A stretch of DNA of 64,000 nucleotides from an uncultured delta proteobacterium. Its GTDB lineage: Bacteria > Desulfobacterota > Binatia > Binatales > Binataceae. The notes under the pieces were generated by a model, which searched no databases, had not been told where the DNA came from, and saw nothing but the letters and a program-made list of their open reading frames with translations. A program made the translations under genes and the position numbers. This document shows positions 31,844 to 42,355 of this stretch, one piece after another (positions within the stretch are counted from its first letter, which is position 1; the number at the start of each line of letters is the position of its first letter). Location: positions 1,568,001 through 1,632,000 of the forward strand of contig CAVRVY010000004.1 of the NCBI GenBank assembly GCA_963724765.1, written 5' to 3'.

Positions 31844-33166
31844 TCACGCTGTTTCTTGTAAACAATGCTCTCTCAAGCTCTTCCCAGTATATTCCGTTCT
31901 ATGGAGACCACGCCCTTGCAGTATGGGCACCACTAAATCTACAAACTCATCAAAGGACCCCGGCGTGTAGGTAGGAGTGATATTGAAACCGTCGATATCA
32001 GCCTCCTTCATGATGTCTTCCATCTGATTTGCCACTTGCTCGGGGCTGCCCACAATTTGCGGCATTGCTACGCTAGCGCCGTAGATCTGACCGATTTGTC
32101 GCAGGGTGAGTCTGACGTCGTGCATCTTTACTAGAGCATCAAACAGTCCTTGTGCACCCTGGATATCACCAATCTCGTCGACAGGTTTGTCCGGATCGAG
32201 TTTCGACAAGTCATAGTTTGAGTGTCCCGACAGCAAGGCTAACCCGGCCTCAAACGGTACTCGGTCATTAATCGTCTTCTGTTGCGCAAGCGCTTCCTGC
32301 TCACTTTGTCCGACGATTACCTGAATGCCGGCTAGTATCTTTAAATCTTTGGGACTTCTGCCAAACTTAAGGGTCCGCTCTTTAAGATCTTTCCCTACCT
32401 GCTTCATTGCGCGAGATGTGTATTGAATTATAAATGCTGCTTCCGCATGTTTGGCGCAAAAGTCTCGACCCGCACCCGAGGCCCCGGCTTGAAACAGTAC
32501 TGGGCGTACCTGTGGAGAAGGTATAACGCAAGAAAAGCCCGGGCACGAGAACCACTTGCCTTCATGATTGATCGGATGCACTTTTCTGGGATCGGCGAAG
32601 ATTTGCTTCTCCTTATCCATCATCACCGCGTCGGCCTCCCAGCTATTCCACAACTTATTACACACCTCCATATACTCATCGGCGCGTTCGTATCGCACAT
32701 CATGCGGGACCACCTCTTTTAGCCCCATGTTGCGAGCTTCGCCGACATGAAGGGAAGTGACAATGTTCCACCCGATACGTCCTTTAGTAAGGTGGTCTAA
32801 CGTTGATAACTTTCTCACAGCCATATAAGGCGGATAATAAGTCACAGACAACGTGGATGCAAAACCCAAATGATCGGTGACTGCGGCCATCATAGGTATC
32901 AAGAGCAGCGGGTCATGTACGGGGAATTGAATGGCGTGCCGCACCGCCACATCAGTATTTCCTCTGAAGTTTCCATATGCCGCCAACTGGTCCGCAAAGA
33001 ACACGGCATCGAATCGTCCGCGTTCCAACGTCTGAGCAATGTGCTGCCACACTTCAGGCTGAGCGTAATGGTAACCCACGTTATTTCTGGGGTGCGTCCA
33101 GGAGCCGATCGTATGATTCATGGGACTATTAATAACGAAACCCATAAGATGCATTAGCTTTTTCAT
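31844..33166 (-). CDS. NtaA/DszA/SnaA-family FMNH2-dependent monooxygenase
   Basis: ERG.FDAVFFAD, DP.L, TLDHLTKGRIGWNIVTS, RYERADE, P.LFQAGAS, LVVP.LQ.RG. Confidence 0.92.
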   Translation of the reverse strand: MKKLMHLMGFVINSPMNHTIGSWTHPRNNVGYHYAQPEVWQHIAQTLERGRFDAVFFADQLAAYGNFRGNTDVAVRHAIQFPVHDPLLLIPMMAAVTDHLGFASTLSVTYYPPYMAVRKLSTLDHLTKGRIGWNIVTSLHVGEARNMGLKEVVPHDVRYERADEYMEVCNKLWNSWEADAVMMDKEKQIFADPRKVHPINHEGKWFSCPGFSCVIPSPQVRPVLFQAGASGAGRDFCAKHAEAAFIIQYTSRAMKQVGKDLKERTLKFGRSPKDLKILAGIQVIVGQSEQEALAQQKTINDRVPFEAGLALLSGHSNYDLSKLDPDKPVDEIGDIQGAQGLFDALVKMHDVRLTLRQIGQIYGASVAMPQIVGSPEQVANQMEDIMKEADIDGFNITPTYTPGSFDEFVDLVVPILQGRGLHRTEYTGKSLREHCLQETA

Positions 33167-33230
33167 ACGATCCTCTTTGACTAGGTATCGCCTAACAGTT
33201 TATTCAGACATCCGCTGCCTAATCTCCAAC

Positions 33231-34346
33231 TCAAGCGAGGTGATAGATACGAGCAGCATTGTGGCTTAGCACTCTGCGTTTCTGGTCCTCTGTGAGATCA
33301 TCGCGTGTCGCAACGATCTTGACCGAATCAGGTGTTTTTGCATCCCAGTGAGGATAATCGGACGCATACATAACGTGATCGGAACCCAGCCATTCCAGCA
33401 CTGACGGGAGCGTTGTTTCGTCCGGATCGCATGAGAAGATCAAGTTGGGGGACCGGGCCCAATCACTAGGCAAGCGCTTTAGCCGCGGAACGAGACTTGG
33501 CAATTTTTCATAGTGTTCATCCAATCTCTCGAACCAAAACGGAACCCACCCCACGCCGGACTCAAGGATTCCAATCACCAATTTCGGAAATCGGTCGAAC
33601 ACTCCTTCAGTAATGACACTCATCACGGCAATCATTTGCTCGAAAGGAAAAGCCACCATATGGCCATGAAAGAAGTTCATGAAGCGCTCGCGGCCTACGT
33701 AGTTGATTTGTCCCCCAGCATGTGGATGGATAAATATCGGTATGTTTAAGCGTTGAGCTTTTTCAAACACTGGATAGAAATGGGGATCGCCAGGATATAG
33801 GCGGCCTTGAGAATTGCTAGGCAATTCGGCACCCACAAAGCCCAGCCGCTCCACGCACCTTGTCAATTCACGCACCGCTTCTGGAATGTCTCGCGTGGGT
33901 AGCACCGCTACCGGCTTGAGCCGTGCACTATTCGCTGTGGCGTATTCGGCCACCCACGAGTTATAAGCGCGACATAGAGCAGCCTCCAGGCCTACGTCTG
34001 CACTCGGCAATATTCCGGACGATGGCCCCATGGTTACTGTGGCGAAAAGAATGGCGATATCGATTCCCTCTGCGTCCATATCTTTGAGCCGGGCATCGGG
34101 ATCAGAGCCGCCTTTGTATTTATCCGCTCTGGGTGCGCCGACGTAACCGCCCGGATGCCCTGCGCCTGGTCCGGGCGGAGCGGTCCAAAACCAGCCATCA
34201 ATTAACGTTCGCTCTATCCCCCGATTGTCGGTAACAAGACGTGGCGCAATGTCTCGGTAGGGTCCATCCAAAAACCGCGCCCAGGCCTCTATAGGTTCAG
34301 TCACGTGCCCATCGCCATCAATTACGTGATATCCGTATTTTCCCAT
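33231..34346 (-). CDS. amidohydrolase-2 family protein
   Basis: IDGDGHV.EP, DMD.EGID, AYN.W, IH, LESG.GW, YASDYPHWD, NA..Y. Confidence 0.9.
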   Translation of the reverse strand: MGKYGYHVIDGDGHVTEPIEAWARFLDGPYRDIAPRLVTDNRGIERTLIDGWFWTAPPGPGAGHPGGYVGAPRADKYKGGSDPDARLKDMDAEGIDIAILFATVTMGPSSGILPSADVGLEAALCRAYNSWVAEYATANSARLKPVAVLPTRDIPEAVRELTRCVERLGFVGAELPSNSQGRLYPGDPHFYPVFEKAQRLNIPIFIHPHAGGQINYVGRERFMNFFHGHMVAFPFEQMIAVMSVITEGVFDRFPKLVIGILESGVGWVPFWFERLDEHYEKLPSLVPRLKRLPSDWARSPNLIFSCDPDETTLPSVLEWLGSDHVMYASDYPHWDAKTPDSVKIVATRDDLTEDQKRRVLSHNAARIYHLA

Positions 34347-34368
34347 AACGATGTCCCACTTTTGATTT

Positions 34369-35298
34369 CTAATCGTTCACTGCCGACTTGTGGCTGTGCT
34401 CTTTCGGTTCGAGTCGCGCTTCGACTTTTGCCGCCTCCTCGAAAAACGTCAGAATTGCAGTAAAATCCTGACCGCCGCGTCCGCGAGCGCGCATAACGTT
34501 GTATAGATTGCGTACGAGCGAGCTCAAGAACATAGGAACGCCGAGTTCTTCACCTGTAGCGAGTGCGAGACCAACATCTTTGCACATTAAATCCACTGTG
34601 AATCCTGGCGTCAGATCGCCCGCAAACGCCTTCTGAGGAAAAAAATGTTCCAGCAAATAACTATTCGAGGAACATCTTTTCATCACATCTAGGAGAGTTC
34701 CAAGGTTGGCGCCTGCCTTGACTCCCATAAGAGTGGCCTCCGCGATCCCGCCGGCAATCACGGCCACCATTGCGTTATTCACGAGCTTAAAGACCTGACC
34801 CATTCCAAGCTGCCCGCAATAAAATACGTCGGTACCCATTGCGTGCAGCGTATCTTTGTGACGGTCGAACACCGCCCGTGGACCGCCGACCATAATGGCA
34901 AGTGTGCCGCTGATCGCAGCACTCTGGCCGCGACTGACAGGAGCATCTAGCAAAGCCACGCCCTTCGCGCTGCATTCACTTGCTATCGCGCCATAGCTGT
35001 GCGGTCCTACAGTGCTCATGTCAATAAATGCACTGCCCTTTTTCAACGTGGCCAAGGCACCGTCGGATCCGAGAGCCGCCTCTACGAGCTCCTTGCCGGT
35101 CGGTAGCATTGTGATTACAGTTACAGCCTCTGAGGCAGCATCCGCTGGGCTGTGTGCTCTTCGTGCTCCCAACGCCACACACTCATGAATTCTCTCCGAC
35201 CGAATGTCATACACTGCCAGCCGACAACCCGACCTTATAAGATTAATCGCCATAGGCTGTCCCATCGCGCCCAGGCCTATAAACCCAATTGTGTCCAT
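34369..35298 (-). CDS. beta-hydroxyacid dehydrogenase (3-hydroxyisobutyrate dehydrogenase / YihU family)
   Basis: IGFIGLGAMG, DMST, LDAPVS.G, KLVNN, PGF..DLM.KD. Confidence 0.9.
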   Translation of the reverse strand: MDTIGFIGLGAMGQPMAINLIRSGCRLAVYDIRSERIHECVALGARRAHSPADAASEAVTVITMLPTGKELVEAALGSDGALATLKKGSAFIDMSTVGPHSYGAIASECSAKGVALLDAPVSRGQSAAISGTLAIMVGGPRAVFDRHKDTLHAMGTDVFYCGQLGMGQVFKLVNNAMVAVIAGGIAEATLMGVKAGANLGTLLDVMKRCSSNSYLLEHFFPQKAFAGDLTPGFTVDLMCKDVGLALATGEELGVPMFLSSLVRNLYNVMRARGRGGQDFTAILTFFEEAAKVEARLEPKEHSHKSAVND

Positions 35299-35525
35299 AT
35301 GTTTACATCGCCCTTAATGCACTTCTTCGTGAGTCACTGTTACCGGGATAGCCACACATTAGGCAAAGGAATCAACAATGAGATGTTCATTGCAATGCGC
35401 CAAGAACTGCTTATGAGGCAGTTATGCACTGTACGCTATGTCGAGGCCTTGCATAGTAAGATTCACAACTGATACGGCCTCTGCCTTGGTGAACGCGGCC
35501 GCTCAAACCAATTCGGAAATAAGAC

Positions 35526-35942
35526 TCACTGGAATCCTTCTGTCTGTGGTATTTTGTCTTCGATTTCATACCACGGCACTTTGGACGTGACGAAGGCGTG
35601 CCGATAGACATCTTTCGGGTGACCCGGATGAGCTCCATTGTCGATAGTGCCCGTTGCTACGGCTATAAGTTCAGGGTGCTCGTCTAGATCGATCGTAACG
35701 GGACAGCCGCAGCTCTTGCAAAAGTGTCGATGCACCTTGGCAGAAGTACTATAAGTGCTAAGACCCTCCTTCTTCTCAAGCGTAAAGGCCGAGCGCGGAA
35801 AGATCGATAGCGTAACGAAAATCGCGCCATGGATCTTTCTACAGATCGAGCAGTGACAATGATGGGTATCGACCGCGGGGGCTGTAATAGCATATCGGAC
35901 GTTGCCACAGTGGCAGCCACCAGTCAGTCTAAAATCTGTCAT
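35526..35942 (-). CDS. GFA-family Zn protein (glutathione-dependent formaldehyde-activating enzyme fold)
   Basis: GGCHCG.VRY, CHCSICRK, R.FC..CG. Confidence 0.88.
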   Translation of the reverse strand: MTDFRLTGGCHCGNVRYAITAPAVDTHHCHCSICRKIHGAIFVTLSIFPRSAFTLEKKEGLSTYSTSAKVHRHFCKSCGCPVTIDLDEHPELIAVATGTIDNGAHPGHPKDVYRHAFVTSKVPWYEIEDKIPQTEGFQ

Positions 35943-36102
35943 GAGTGTTCCCTCCTGAGCAGCCTAAACCGCTTTCGACTGCTGGATTCATGTCATTGTG
36001 TGGAAGTATATTCTGCTAATATGCCATCTCTTCGCGACGGTCGGGCATCTAGTCGTTCAATGGACGTATTTTAAGGGGATTGGCGCGTGGAATGTCCGCA
36101 CG

Positions 36103-37536
36103 TTACTCACAACTCCGTTCAAGCTCTTCAAAACGTTGGCGCACGAAGGTGTTGCGTTCCTCACCAACAAGGTCGTCTGCCTGGGTGGTGATGTCGATGA
36201 GTTTGCGACCGAGTTCACGTATAAGGCGCTTGTCCTCTTCGGCCGAGGCGCGGCGCCGGATTTGAAGGATTGTATTCTGGGTGTAGGTGTATGAGGGAAG
36301 CTGGTTCCGTGGTCTGCGATGCAGTGCCTCCGAACTAGCCGACTGGTTTGTGCCACGGATAGCTTCTCTCAACATCTTTCGGAACATATAGACGCCGATG
36401 TCGTTCGTTGTCGGATGCTCGAGAGCGTGAATCGCGATGGGCCGTTGACTCACGATAGCTTCCCAGTCGCCCGGAAGTCGCTGCTGTTGGTCATAAGGAC
36501 GGTTGCCAACTTGACCCTCGAGGAAATCGATGTCGTCCCAGCCGACTCGTTCTTCGCGTCCCTTTTGCAGCGGATCGACGGTCCGGCCAAACATTCGCCA
36601 GCCATAAACGATCGTGTTCGTGTCATCGACTGGCACATACCAGCGGGACATGTGCACGCGATGGAAGAGTCGTCGTTCGCGTCCGTTCTCAAACGTATAG
36701 GCATGGTGAGTGAGGTTCGGTAGGGCACATTCGTTGATCCGCCACCAGACGAGCTGATCGTTCATTCGCCGTCCGGCGACAAAAGCCATCGCGGTCCCTT
36801 CTCGCACTCCCACGTATTCGATCAGCGGCATTGTTCCGAACGAAGGTAGCGTTAGTGGAGTTGGATCAATTCCCGGCGGAAGCGCGCCGTCATATAGAGT
36901 AGCCGGCTGATGGAGAGTCGCAGTGTGCATCTGGTCAGCGATATTCTCCAGTATTTGCAGCCAATTGCATGGAAAGACATTTGAGAATGGGACCAGGCGC
37001 GTATCTTCGTACTTCTCAAATGCATCCGATTCTGGAAATGGAGGGACACTTTCTGACGGTCCCATGTACGCGAACACCAGCCCGTCGCGCTCGAACGCCG
37101 GATAAGCGCCCTGCGCGACGCTGCGTCTCAGCCGCTCGCCCCGGTCGGGCTCGATCGGCACGTCGAGCAGCGTGCCGTCAGTGTCGTAATGGAAGCCATG
37201 GTAGCAGCAGCGGATGCCACACTCTTGAATCACGCCGAATTCGAGCGAAGCGCCGCGATGGCAGCAATGGCGCGCGAGCACCCCGATTCGGCCGGTTCGG
37301 TCGCGGAAGGCGATTAGGTCCTCGCCCATGATGCGGATTTTGTGCGGAACGTTTTTGAGTTGGATAGACATGCACACTGGCTGCCAAAAGCGCCGAAAAT
37401 ATTCTCCCACTGAGGTGCCGGGCCCTACGTGCGTGATCTCTTCATCTTCCTTCGGCACGTCGCGCTTGTCATAGCCCCCGAAAGGTTTAGCTCCAGAAGT
37501 AACCTTCGGCTCGGGGCGCTGTATGCTCGTTGTCAA
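36103..37536 (-). CDS. Rieske non-heme iron oxygenase (alpha3 phthalate dioxygenase / LigXa-like group)
   Basis: VGPGT.VG.Y.RRFWQP, CCHRG...CCYHG, CNWLQ..EN..D..H...LH; TTG start after GGAGGAGG. Confidence 0.9.
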   Translation of the reverse strand: MTTSIQRPEPKVTSGAKPFGGYDKRDVPKEDEEITHVGPGTSVGEYFRRFWQPVCMSIQLKNVPHKIRIMGEDLIAFRDRTGRIGVLARHCCHRGASLEFGVIQECGIRCCYHGFHYDTDGTLLDVPIEPDRGERLRRSVAQGAYPAFERDGLVFAYMGPSESVPPFPESDAFEKYEDTRLVPFSNVFPCNWLQILENIADQMHTATLHQPATLYDGALPPGIDPTPLTLPSFGTMPLIEYVGVREGTAMAFVAGRRMNDQLVWWRINECALPNLTHHAYTFENGRERRLFHRVHMSRWYVPVDDTNTIVYGWRMFGRTVDPLQKGREERVGWDDIDFLEGQVGNRPYDQQQRLPGDWEAIVSQRPIAIHALEHPTTNDIGVYMFRKMLREAIRGTNQSASSEALHRRPRNQLPSYTYTQNTILQIRRRASAEEDKRLIRELGRKLIDITTQADDLVGEERNTFVRQRFEELERSCE

Positions 37537-37611
37537 TGTTCCTCCTCCAGAAATGACGAAGCTCGAACCGCTTGACTGCTGGACTCGTACATCCTCGGTA
37601 TATGACAACAT

Positions 37612-37638
37612 AATTGCGAAGTCAACAATTTTGATTGC
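37612..37638 (-). promoter_or_regulatory. shared operator/-35 motif, copy 2 (Rieske operon / iclR divergent region)
   Basis: 26 bp identical to the reverse complement of 48702-48727; TTGACT-17 bp-TATACC on -. Confidence 0.7.
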
Positions 37639-37795
37639 AAGATACGAGAATATAATTTTATATAATTCCTGCAGGAAACGAGGTGAAGAAAGCGAGCCGA
37701 TGCGTTGTGGACAGTTTGCTGTCTAAAATGCGGGGGCCTTGACCACCGGTTCGACGTCAGTTCATCTGGAGTCAGGAACGGACGGCACGAGGCGG

Positions 37796-38734
37796 ATGGG
37801 AGGTAAACGTGAGATGCCAGCGCGACAAAAGCGAAGACGTAAAACGCGAAACCAGCAGGTTGAGACTCGGCGATCTGGACCCTTAAGCCGCGCGTTCTCG
37901 ATCATGGACGCCATGGTCGACGCAACCCGGCCTCTATCGTCGCTGGAAGTCGCGCAGCGGTGCGGCTTCGATCCCAGCACCACTCACCGGCTCCTGCAGA
38001 GTCTGGCGGTGGAAGGCTATCTGCTTCGTGATGACGGCACGAAACGCTATATAGCAAGCCCGAAGCTTCTATTCCCGCTTCCGCTCTATCATCCTTGGAA
38101 CGTGGTGCGCCGTGAAGCGAGCCCGACCTTATTAACGTTGCGCGAAGAGTTCGGCTTCACCACGGGATTGGTAGTCTTCTGTCTTAGGGAACGCGTTCTG
38201 CTCGAACTCGCCTTGGGCCGCGATCCGTTGAGCCCCGACTACCACACCTGGCTGTCCAGCCCCATCCATGCGTCTGGGTCCGGCAAGGTGTTGCTTATGG
38301 CGTCCGCGCCTGAGGAACGACCTCGGCTTCTTGGACCGGAACCATATCGTAAGTTCACTGAAAACACCGTCGTTAGCACCGATGCGCTCAATCGCGAACT
38401 CGCAGAGAGCGCGGCGCGCGGTTACGTCCTCGCATGCGACGACTACATCGAGGGGTTCCGAGTTGTTGCCGCACCTATACAGCCGGTTGCTAAGCCTGTT
38501 GTCGGCTGCCTGTTCTGCTCTGGCCGAAGCGCTACACTTTCGGATCAAGTAATTCCCAGTCTCGGACCTGCTCTCAAGAAGGCCGCGGGTTTTTTCTCGA
38601 TTGGTTCGCCCGCTCTGCAGGGGCTTGCCGACCTTGTCAGCGCCATGTCGCTCGGCCTCGTCTCGACGGCCATCGGTCGAGGTGGCGGTCGGGACGAAAC
38701 CACGGCGAGCCTCGAGTCTGATAAGTCGCAGTAG
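37796..38734 (+). CDS. IclR-family transcriptional regulator
   Basis: HTH ..ST.HRLLQSL...GYL; HASGSGKVL, FTENT, RGY, VAAPI. Confidence 0.9.
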   Translation: MGGKREMPARQKRRRKTRNQQVETRRSGPLSRAFSIMDAMVDATRPLSSLEVAQRCGFDPSTTHRLLQSLAVEGYLLRDDGTKRYIASPKLLFPLPLYHPWNVVRREASPTLLTLREEFGFTTGLVVFCLRERVLLELALGRDPLSPDYHTWLSSPIHASGSGKVLLMASAPEERPRLLGPEPYRKFTENTVVSTDALNRELAESAARGYVLACDDYIEGFRVVAAPIQPVAKPVVGCLFCSGRSATLSDQVIPSLGPALKKAAGFFSIGSPALQGLADLVSAMSLGLVSTAIGRGGGRDETTASLESDKSQ

Positions 38735-38739
38735 GGTGA

Positions 38740-39010
38740 TGCTTGTTTGTGAACGGGAGGCCTTTCAGGTGCTCAAGCTCTTCGCGTTCAGTTAGGAAAG
38801 ACCGTAGCACACCGCGACCTGCGGCCGAGCAGATGAGCCTGCAGCTAGGAATGAAAGGCGTCCGGTGTGCTCATTCTGAGCGCGTGGGATGGCCACTCGA
38901 GCGCGACGTCCGGTTGACGAATCCGCGCGCTTTGTGCACCAGCATGTGAAATCGAACAAGAGTGACACGAGAAACGCAGAAAGAAACTGCAAAGCGCTCA
39001 TAGACGCGCT
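38740..39010 (+). pseudogene. degenerate IS110-family transposase fragment
   Basis: DVRL.NP and RFV...VKSNKSDTRNAERNCKA resemble the IS110 VK.NK.D..DAEAICEA motif. Confidence 0.5.
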
Positions 39011-39380
39011 TCGTCGCGAATCAAGAGCCAAGCGCAAAGTACATGATGACACTGCATTCAGTCCGGTAGCCGCTAGTCCCTGAGCAGCATGACGCTGACG
39101 AATAAGATGCGCGGACTCTTGGCCGAATGCGTGTGGTATTTACGCACGCAGCAGCAGCGCTGCGCCGAGCACTCGCAACGATCCTTGCAGACATGACATC
39201 CCGTTAAGCGTTCGACGAGGGCGAGTCCGATGACCATAGGAAGAACAAAGCGATGTTGTGTGCTATGGGCCGTGCTTATTCGCGTTGAGAAGTTCCACAT
39301 CCCGGCCGCCGCCTAAGAGGCGGGGTTGCGCGGATTGTCTGCCGAAGTGATGGCGAGCCGATCGGTAGGTCAATCGCTCG

Positions 39381-40328
39381 TTAGTTCAAATCACAACAGT
39401 CGCTCTGCCCCGACTCGCGCCAACGCAATAAACAATTGAGAATCGCGGCAGCCGCAAGGCGGGCTTCAGGAGGGTCCGTACGAGAGGTAACGACAAGCGG
39501 AACTTTAGCGCCCAATACAAGACCTGCAGCGGTAGCTCCCATGAGATGCACCATCAGTTTCGACAATGCGTTGCCAGTTTCGATATTGTGGACGACAAGG
39601 ACATCCGCGTTTCCTGCCACAGGCCCGTCGATTTCCTTCAACGTTGCCGCGCTTTTAGAAATGGCGTTGTCTAAGGCTAGTGGTCCCTGTATATCGCACG
39701 CGATCCTCATCTGCTGAATGCGCTGCATCACTTTCACGGCGTCCACCGAGGACGGCATACGCCGGCTGAGTTCTTCGGTCGCAGAAAGAAGTGCCACGCG
39801 CGGACGCGGGTTGCCGATGCAGTGAGCAAGCTCGACAGCATTTTGAACGATGTCGAGCTTTGTGTCCAGGTCCGGCGCGATATTCACCCCACTGTCCGTG
39901 ACGACGAGCTCGCGATCCACACCTGGTAGTGCCATGTAGTAAACATGCGACAATCTCCGCTTTGTCCGCAACCCCTTTCGGCGGTCGAGCACAGCACCGA
40001 TTAGCACACTAGTGTGAAGGTGCCCCTTCATTAACGCCTTCACTTCGCCGTTGCGGGCGAGCGCCACAGATATTTCGGCTGCCGCTGCATCATCTGTAGC
40101 TGCTACAATTCGGTAATTGGTAATATCCCAATGCATAGAACTCGCGATTCGCCGAACGACATCTGGATCGCCGACGAAGACAGGTTCCATGAAGCGGTGA
40201 TTCGTCGCAAGCCGCGCACCTTCGAGCACCACCTCCGCATTAGCTGCTACCACTGCAGTCAGTAATGGCGTGTCTGCGTTACTTGCCGCCAAAAGATGTG
40301 GTAAGAATCCGCGCCTCCGCTTTACCAT
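39381..40328 (-). CDS. pta: phosphate acetyl/butyryltransferase (PTA/PTB family)
   Basis: LMKG.L.T, R.SHV, TDSG.NI.P, VALLSA.E, GPLALDNAIS, VAG.ADVL, TSR.D; directly after xsc. Confidence 0.85.
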   Translation of the reverse strand: MVKRRRGFLPHLLAASNADTPLLTAVVAANAEVVLEGARLATNHRFMEPVFVGDPDVVRRIASSMHWDITNYRIVAATDDAAAAEISVALARNGEVKALMKGHLHTSVLIGAVLDRRKGLRTKRRLSHVYYMALPGVDRELVVTDSGVNIAPDLDTKLDIVQNAVELAHCIGNPRPRVALLSATEELSRRMPSSVDAVKVMQRIQQMRIACDIQGPLALDNAISKSAATLKEIDGPVAGNADVLVVHNIETGNALSKLMVHLMGATAAGLVLGAKVPLVVTSRTDPPEARLAAAAILNCLLRWRESGQSDCCDLN

Positions 40329-40443
40329 CGTTACTGAACTCGCCTGACGCTCCAATGACGCGAAGCCACAGGTCTTATGACCGCAGAATTGACCGCTCCC
40401 AAGAGCAGCAAATCGGGTTGGTCGAGGCCCCGAGACGCTCTCT

Positions 40444-42153
40444 TCAATTCTGGTAACGTGGAAGTATCCGTTCGGGAATGCGCATAGCATCTCGTCGATA
40501 GGGTTCGGCCAATTCCTTATCGATCTGCATATCGATGACTACAGGCCGATCGGCCGCGAACGCGCCGCGCAACTTCGACGCGATCTCTTCCGGCCTTTCG
40601 ATCCTGATCCCCTCCGCGCCCATCTCGCTAGCGATCGCCGCGAAATTTGGGTTCTGAAGGTCGGTCCAGAAGAACCTCTTGTCGAAGTAGTCGTATTGGT
40701 TGCGTTTTTCAGCGCCGTACTGTGAATTGTTGAAAATCACGGTGACCAGGTTGATCTTTTCTGTGACCGTGGTCATGACCTCCTGCATCGACATACTCCA
40801 AGCGCCGTCGCCTACTAATGCGAGAACAGGCTCGGTAGGTAGCGCCACCTTCACCCCAAGCGCGGTCGAAAACCCCACGCCGATTCCGCCGAGACTCCCG
40901 TGGCCAAACCAACGTCGCGCCCTATCGAAATTAAAATAAGCGTTTGCGGTTCCGCTGACGTTTCCTACATCGGTAACGACGCACACATCCTTCGGAACCG
41001 CTTGAGCAATCTCTAGCAAGGCTCTTCGCGGGTGGATGGGCGAACCGTCGACGCGAGACATCGCCATGAGCTTGTCATGCCAGCTCTTCTTCTCTTCCGC
41101 GATGTGCTTGAGCCGCGCTTGGCGATCCACGTTTGGCTCTTCTCCCTTGGTAGCTGCAAGGAGTTGTCTGACAACGGCGCCGCAATCGCCGATCAGCCCG
41201 ACTTCCACTGACCGAAGCGCTCCGATTTCGAGTGGGTTGATCGAATTGTGAATGAGCTTCGCCATCCGTGGGAAGAAATCGAAATCGTATTGCGGGGTCG
41301 TGCCAAACGAATTCAGGCGGGTGCCCAGCGCGAGGACGCAATCGGCTTCCGACAAAAGCCGCATGGCAGCCGCCGAGCTTTGATAACCGATCGGGCCTAC
41401 TGCGAGCGGATGCGAAGCTGGGAATGCGTCATTGTGGAGCCAGACGCAAGCGACCGGCGCGGTGAAGCGGTCCGCTAACTCACCGATCGCATGGGCAGTC
41501 TCATTGTCGACCGCGCCAAGTCCGGCAAGAAACACGGGGGTTTTGGCTTCGAGAAGCACACGTGCGGCACGCTGAATCTCGTCTTCCGGCGCGCCACCAA
41601 AGCGTCCCTCGATACGATAATGTGCCGGCTCTAAAGGCTCTCCCTCGAATTTGCCGTAATAGAGGTCACGCGGGATATCGATCTGCGCTGGCCCGCGCAT
41701 TGCGATAGCCGCACGGAAGGCGCCGCGCACAGCCTCTGACATGCGGTCGGCACGATTAACTCGCGTCTGCCAAACGACGATTGGCTCGAAGAGCCGCATC
41801 TGGTCGATTTCTTGAAACGCACGTGTTCCCATGGTGCTACTGGTCACCGCCGGAGTAATCACGACCATAGGCGTATGATTGAGCAGGGCGCTCGCTACGC
41901 CTGTCACCAGATTGGTCACGCCGGGGCCGTTTTGGCCGATGCACAAGCCAGGGCGACCCGAAGCGCGCGCATACCCCTCGGCCATAAGAGCGGCGTTCTG
42001 CTCATGCCGGACTTGGATAAACCGCAGTCCCGCCCGCGGAAATATGTCGAGCGGATCCATAAACGCCGAGCCGACGATGCCGAAGATCGTGTCCACAGAT
42101 TCAAGGCGCAACGCCTCGACCAGAGCTTCGCTGCCCGTGATCATTTGGCTCAT
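40444..42153 (-). CDS. xsc: sulfoacetaldehyde acetyltransferase (ThDP-dependent)
   Basis: MT..EA.VE.L, FGIVGSAFMD..D.FP.AG.RF, IGQNGPG.TN, LHNDAFPASHPL..GP.GY, GDGAW.MS, F.N.Q.GAEK.NQ. Confidence 0.92.
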   Translation of the reverse strand: MSQMITGSEALVEALRLESVDTIFGIVGSAFMDPLDIFPRAGLRFIQVRHEQNAALMAEGYARASGRPGLCIGQNGPGVTNLVTGVASALLNHTPMVVITPAVTSSTMGTRAFQEIDQMRLFEPIVVWQTRVNRADRMSEAVRGAFRAAIAMRGPAQIDIPRDLYYGKFEGEPLEPAHYRIEGRFGGAPEDEIQRAARVLLEAKTPVFLAGLGAVDNETAHAIGELADRFTAPVACVWLHNDAFPASHPLAVGPIGYQSSAAAMRLLSEADCVLALGTRLNSFGTTPQYDFDFFPRMAKLIHNSINPLEIGALRSVEVGLIGDCGAVVRQLLAATKGEEPNVDRQARLKHIAEEKKSWHDKLMAMSRVDGSPIHPRRALLEIAQAVPKDVCVVTDVGNVSGTANAYFNFDRARRWFGHGSLGGIGVGFSTALGVKVALPTEPVLALVGDGAWSMSMQEVMTTVTEKINLVTVIFNNSQYGAEKRNQYDYFDKRFFWTDLQNPNFAAIASEMGAEGIRIERPEEIASKLRGAFAADRPVVIDMQIDKELAEPYRRDAMRIPERILPRYQN

Positions 42154-42355
42154 ATGACCCTCTCGCTCCTTACGATTTCAAGCTAAGGCGCGAACGAAGG
42201 ATATATTTACAATAATTCGTGCGACTTGTAAAGGTTTAATATGGAATATCAACATTCTTATTTTGATTTTTCCGATCACAAAGCGTGATGCACGCGAAAA
42301 GTACGAGGCGGAATGAGCTTTCCACCCCACATCACCATCGCTTTTAGCTCGGAAA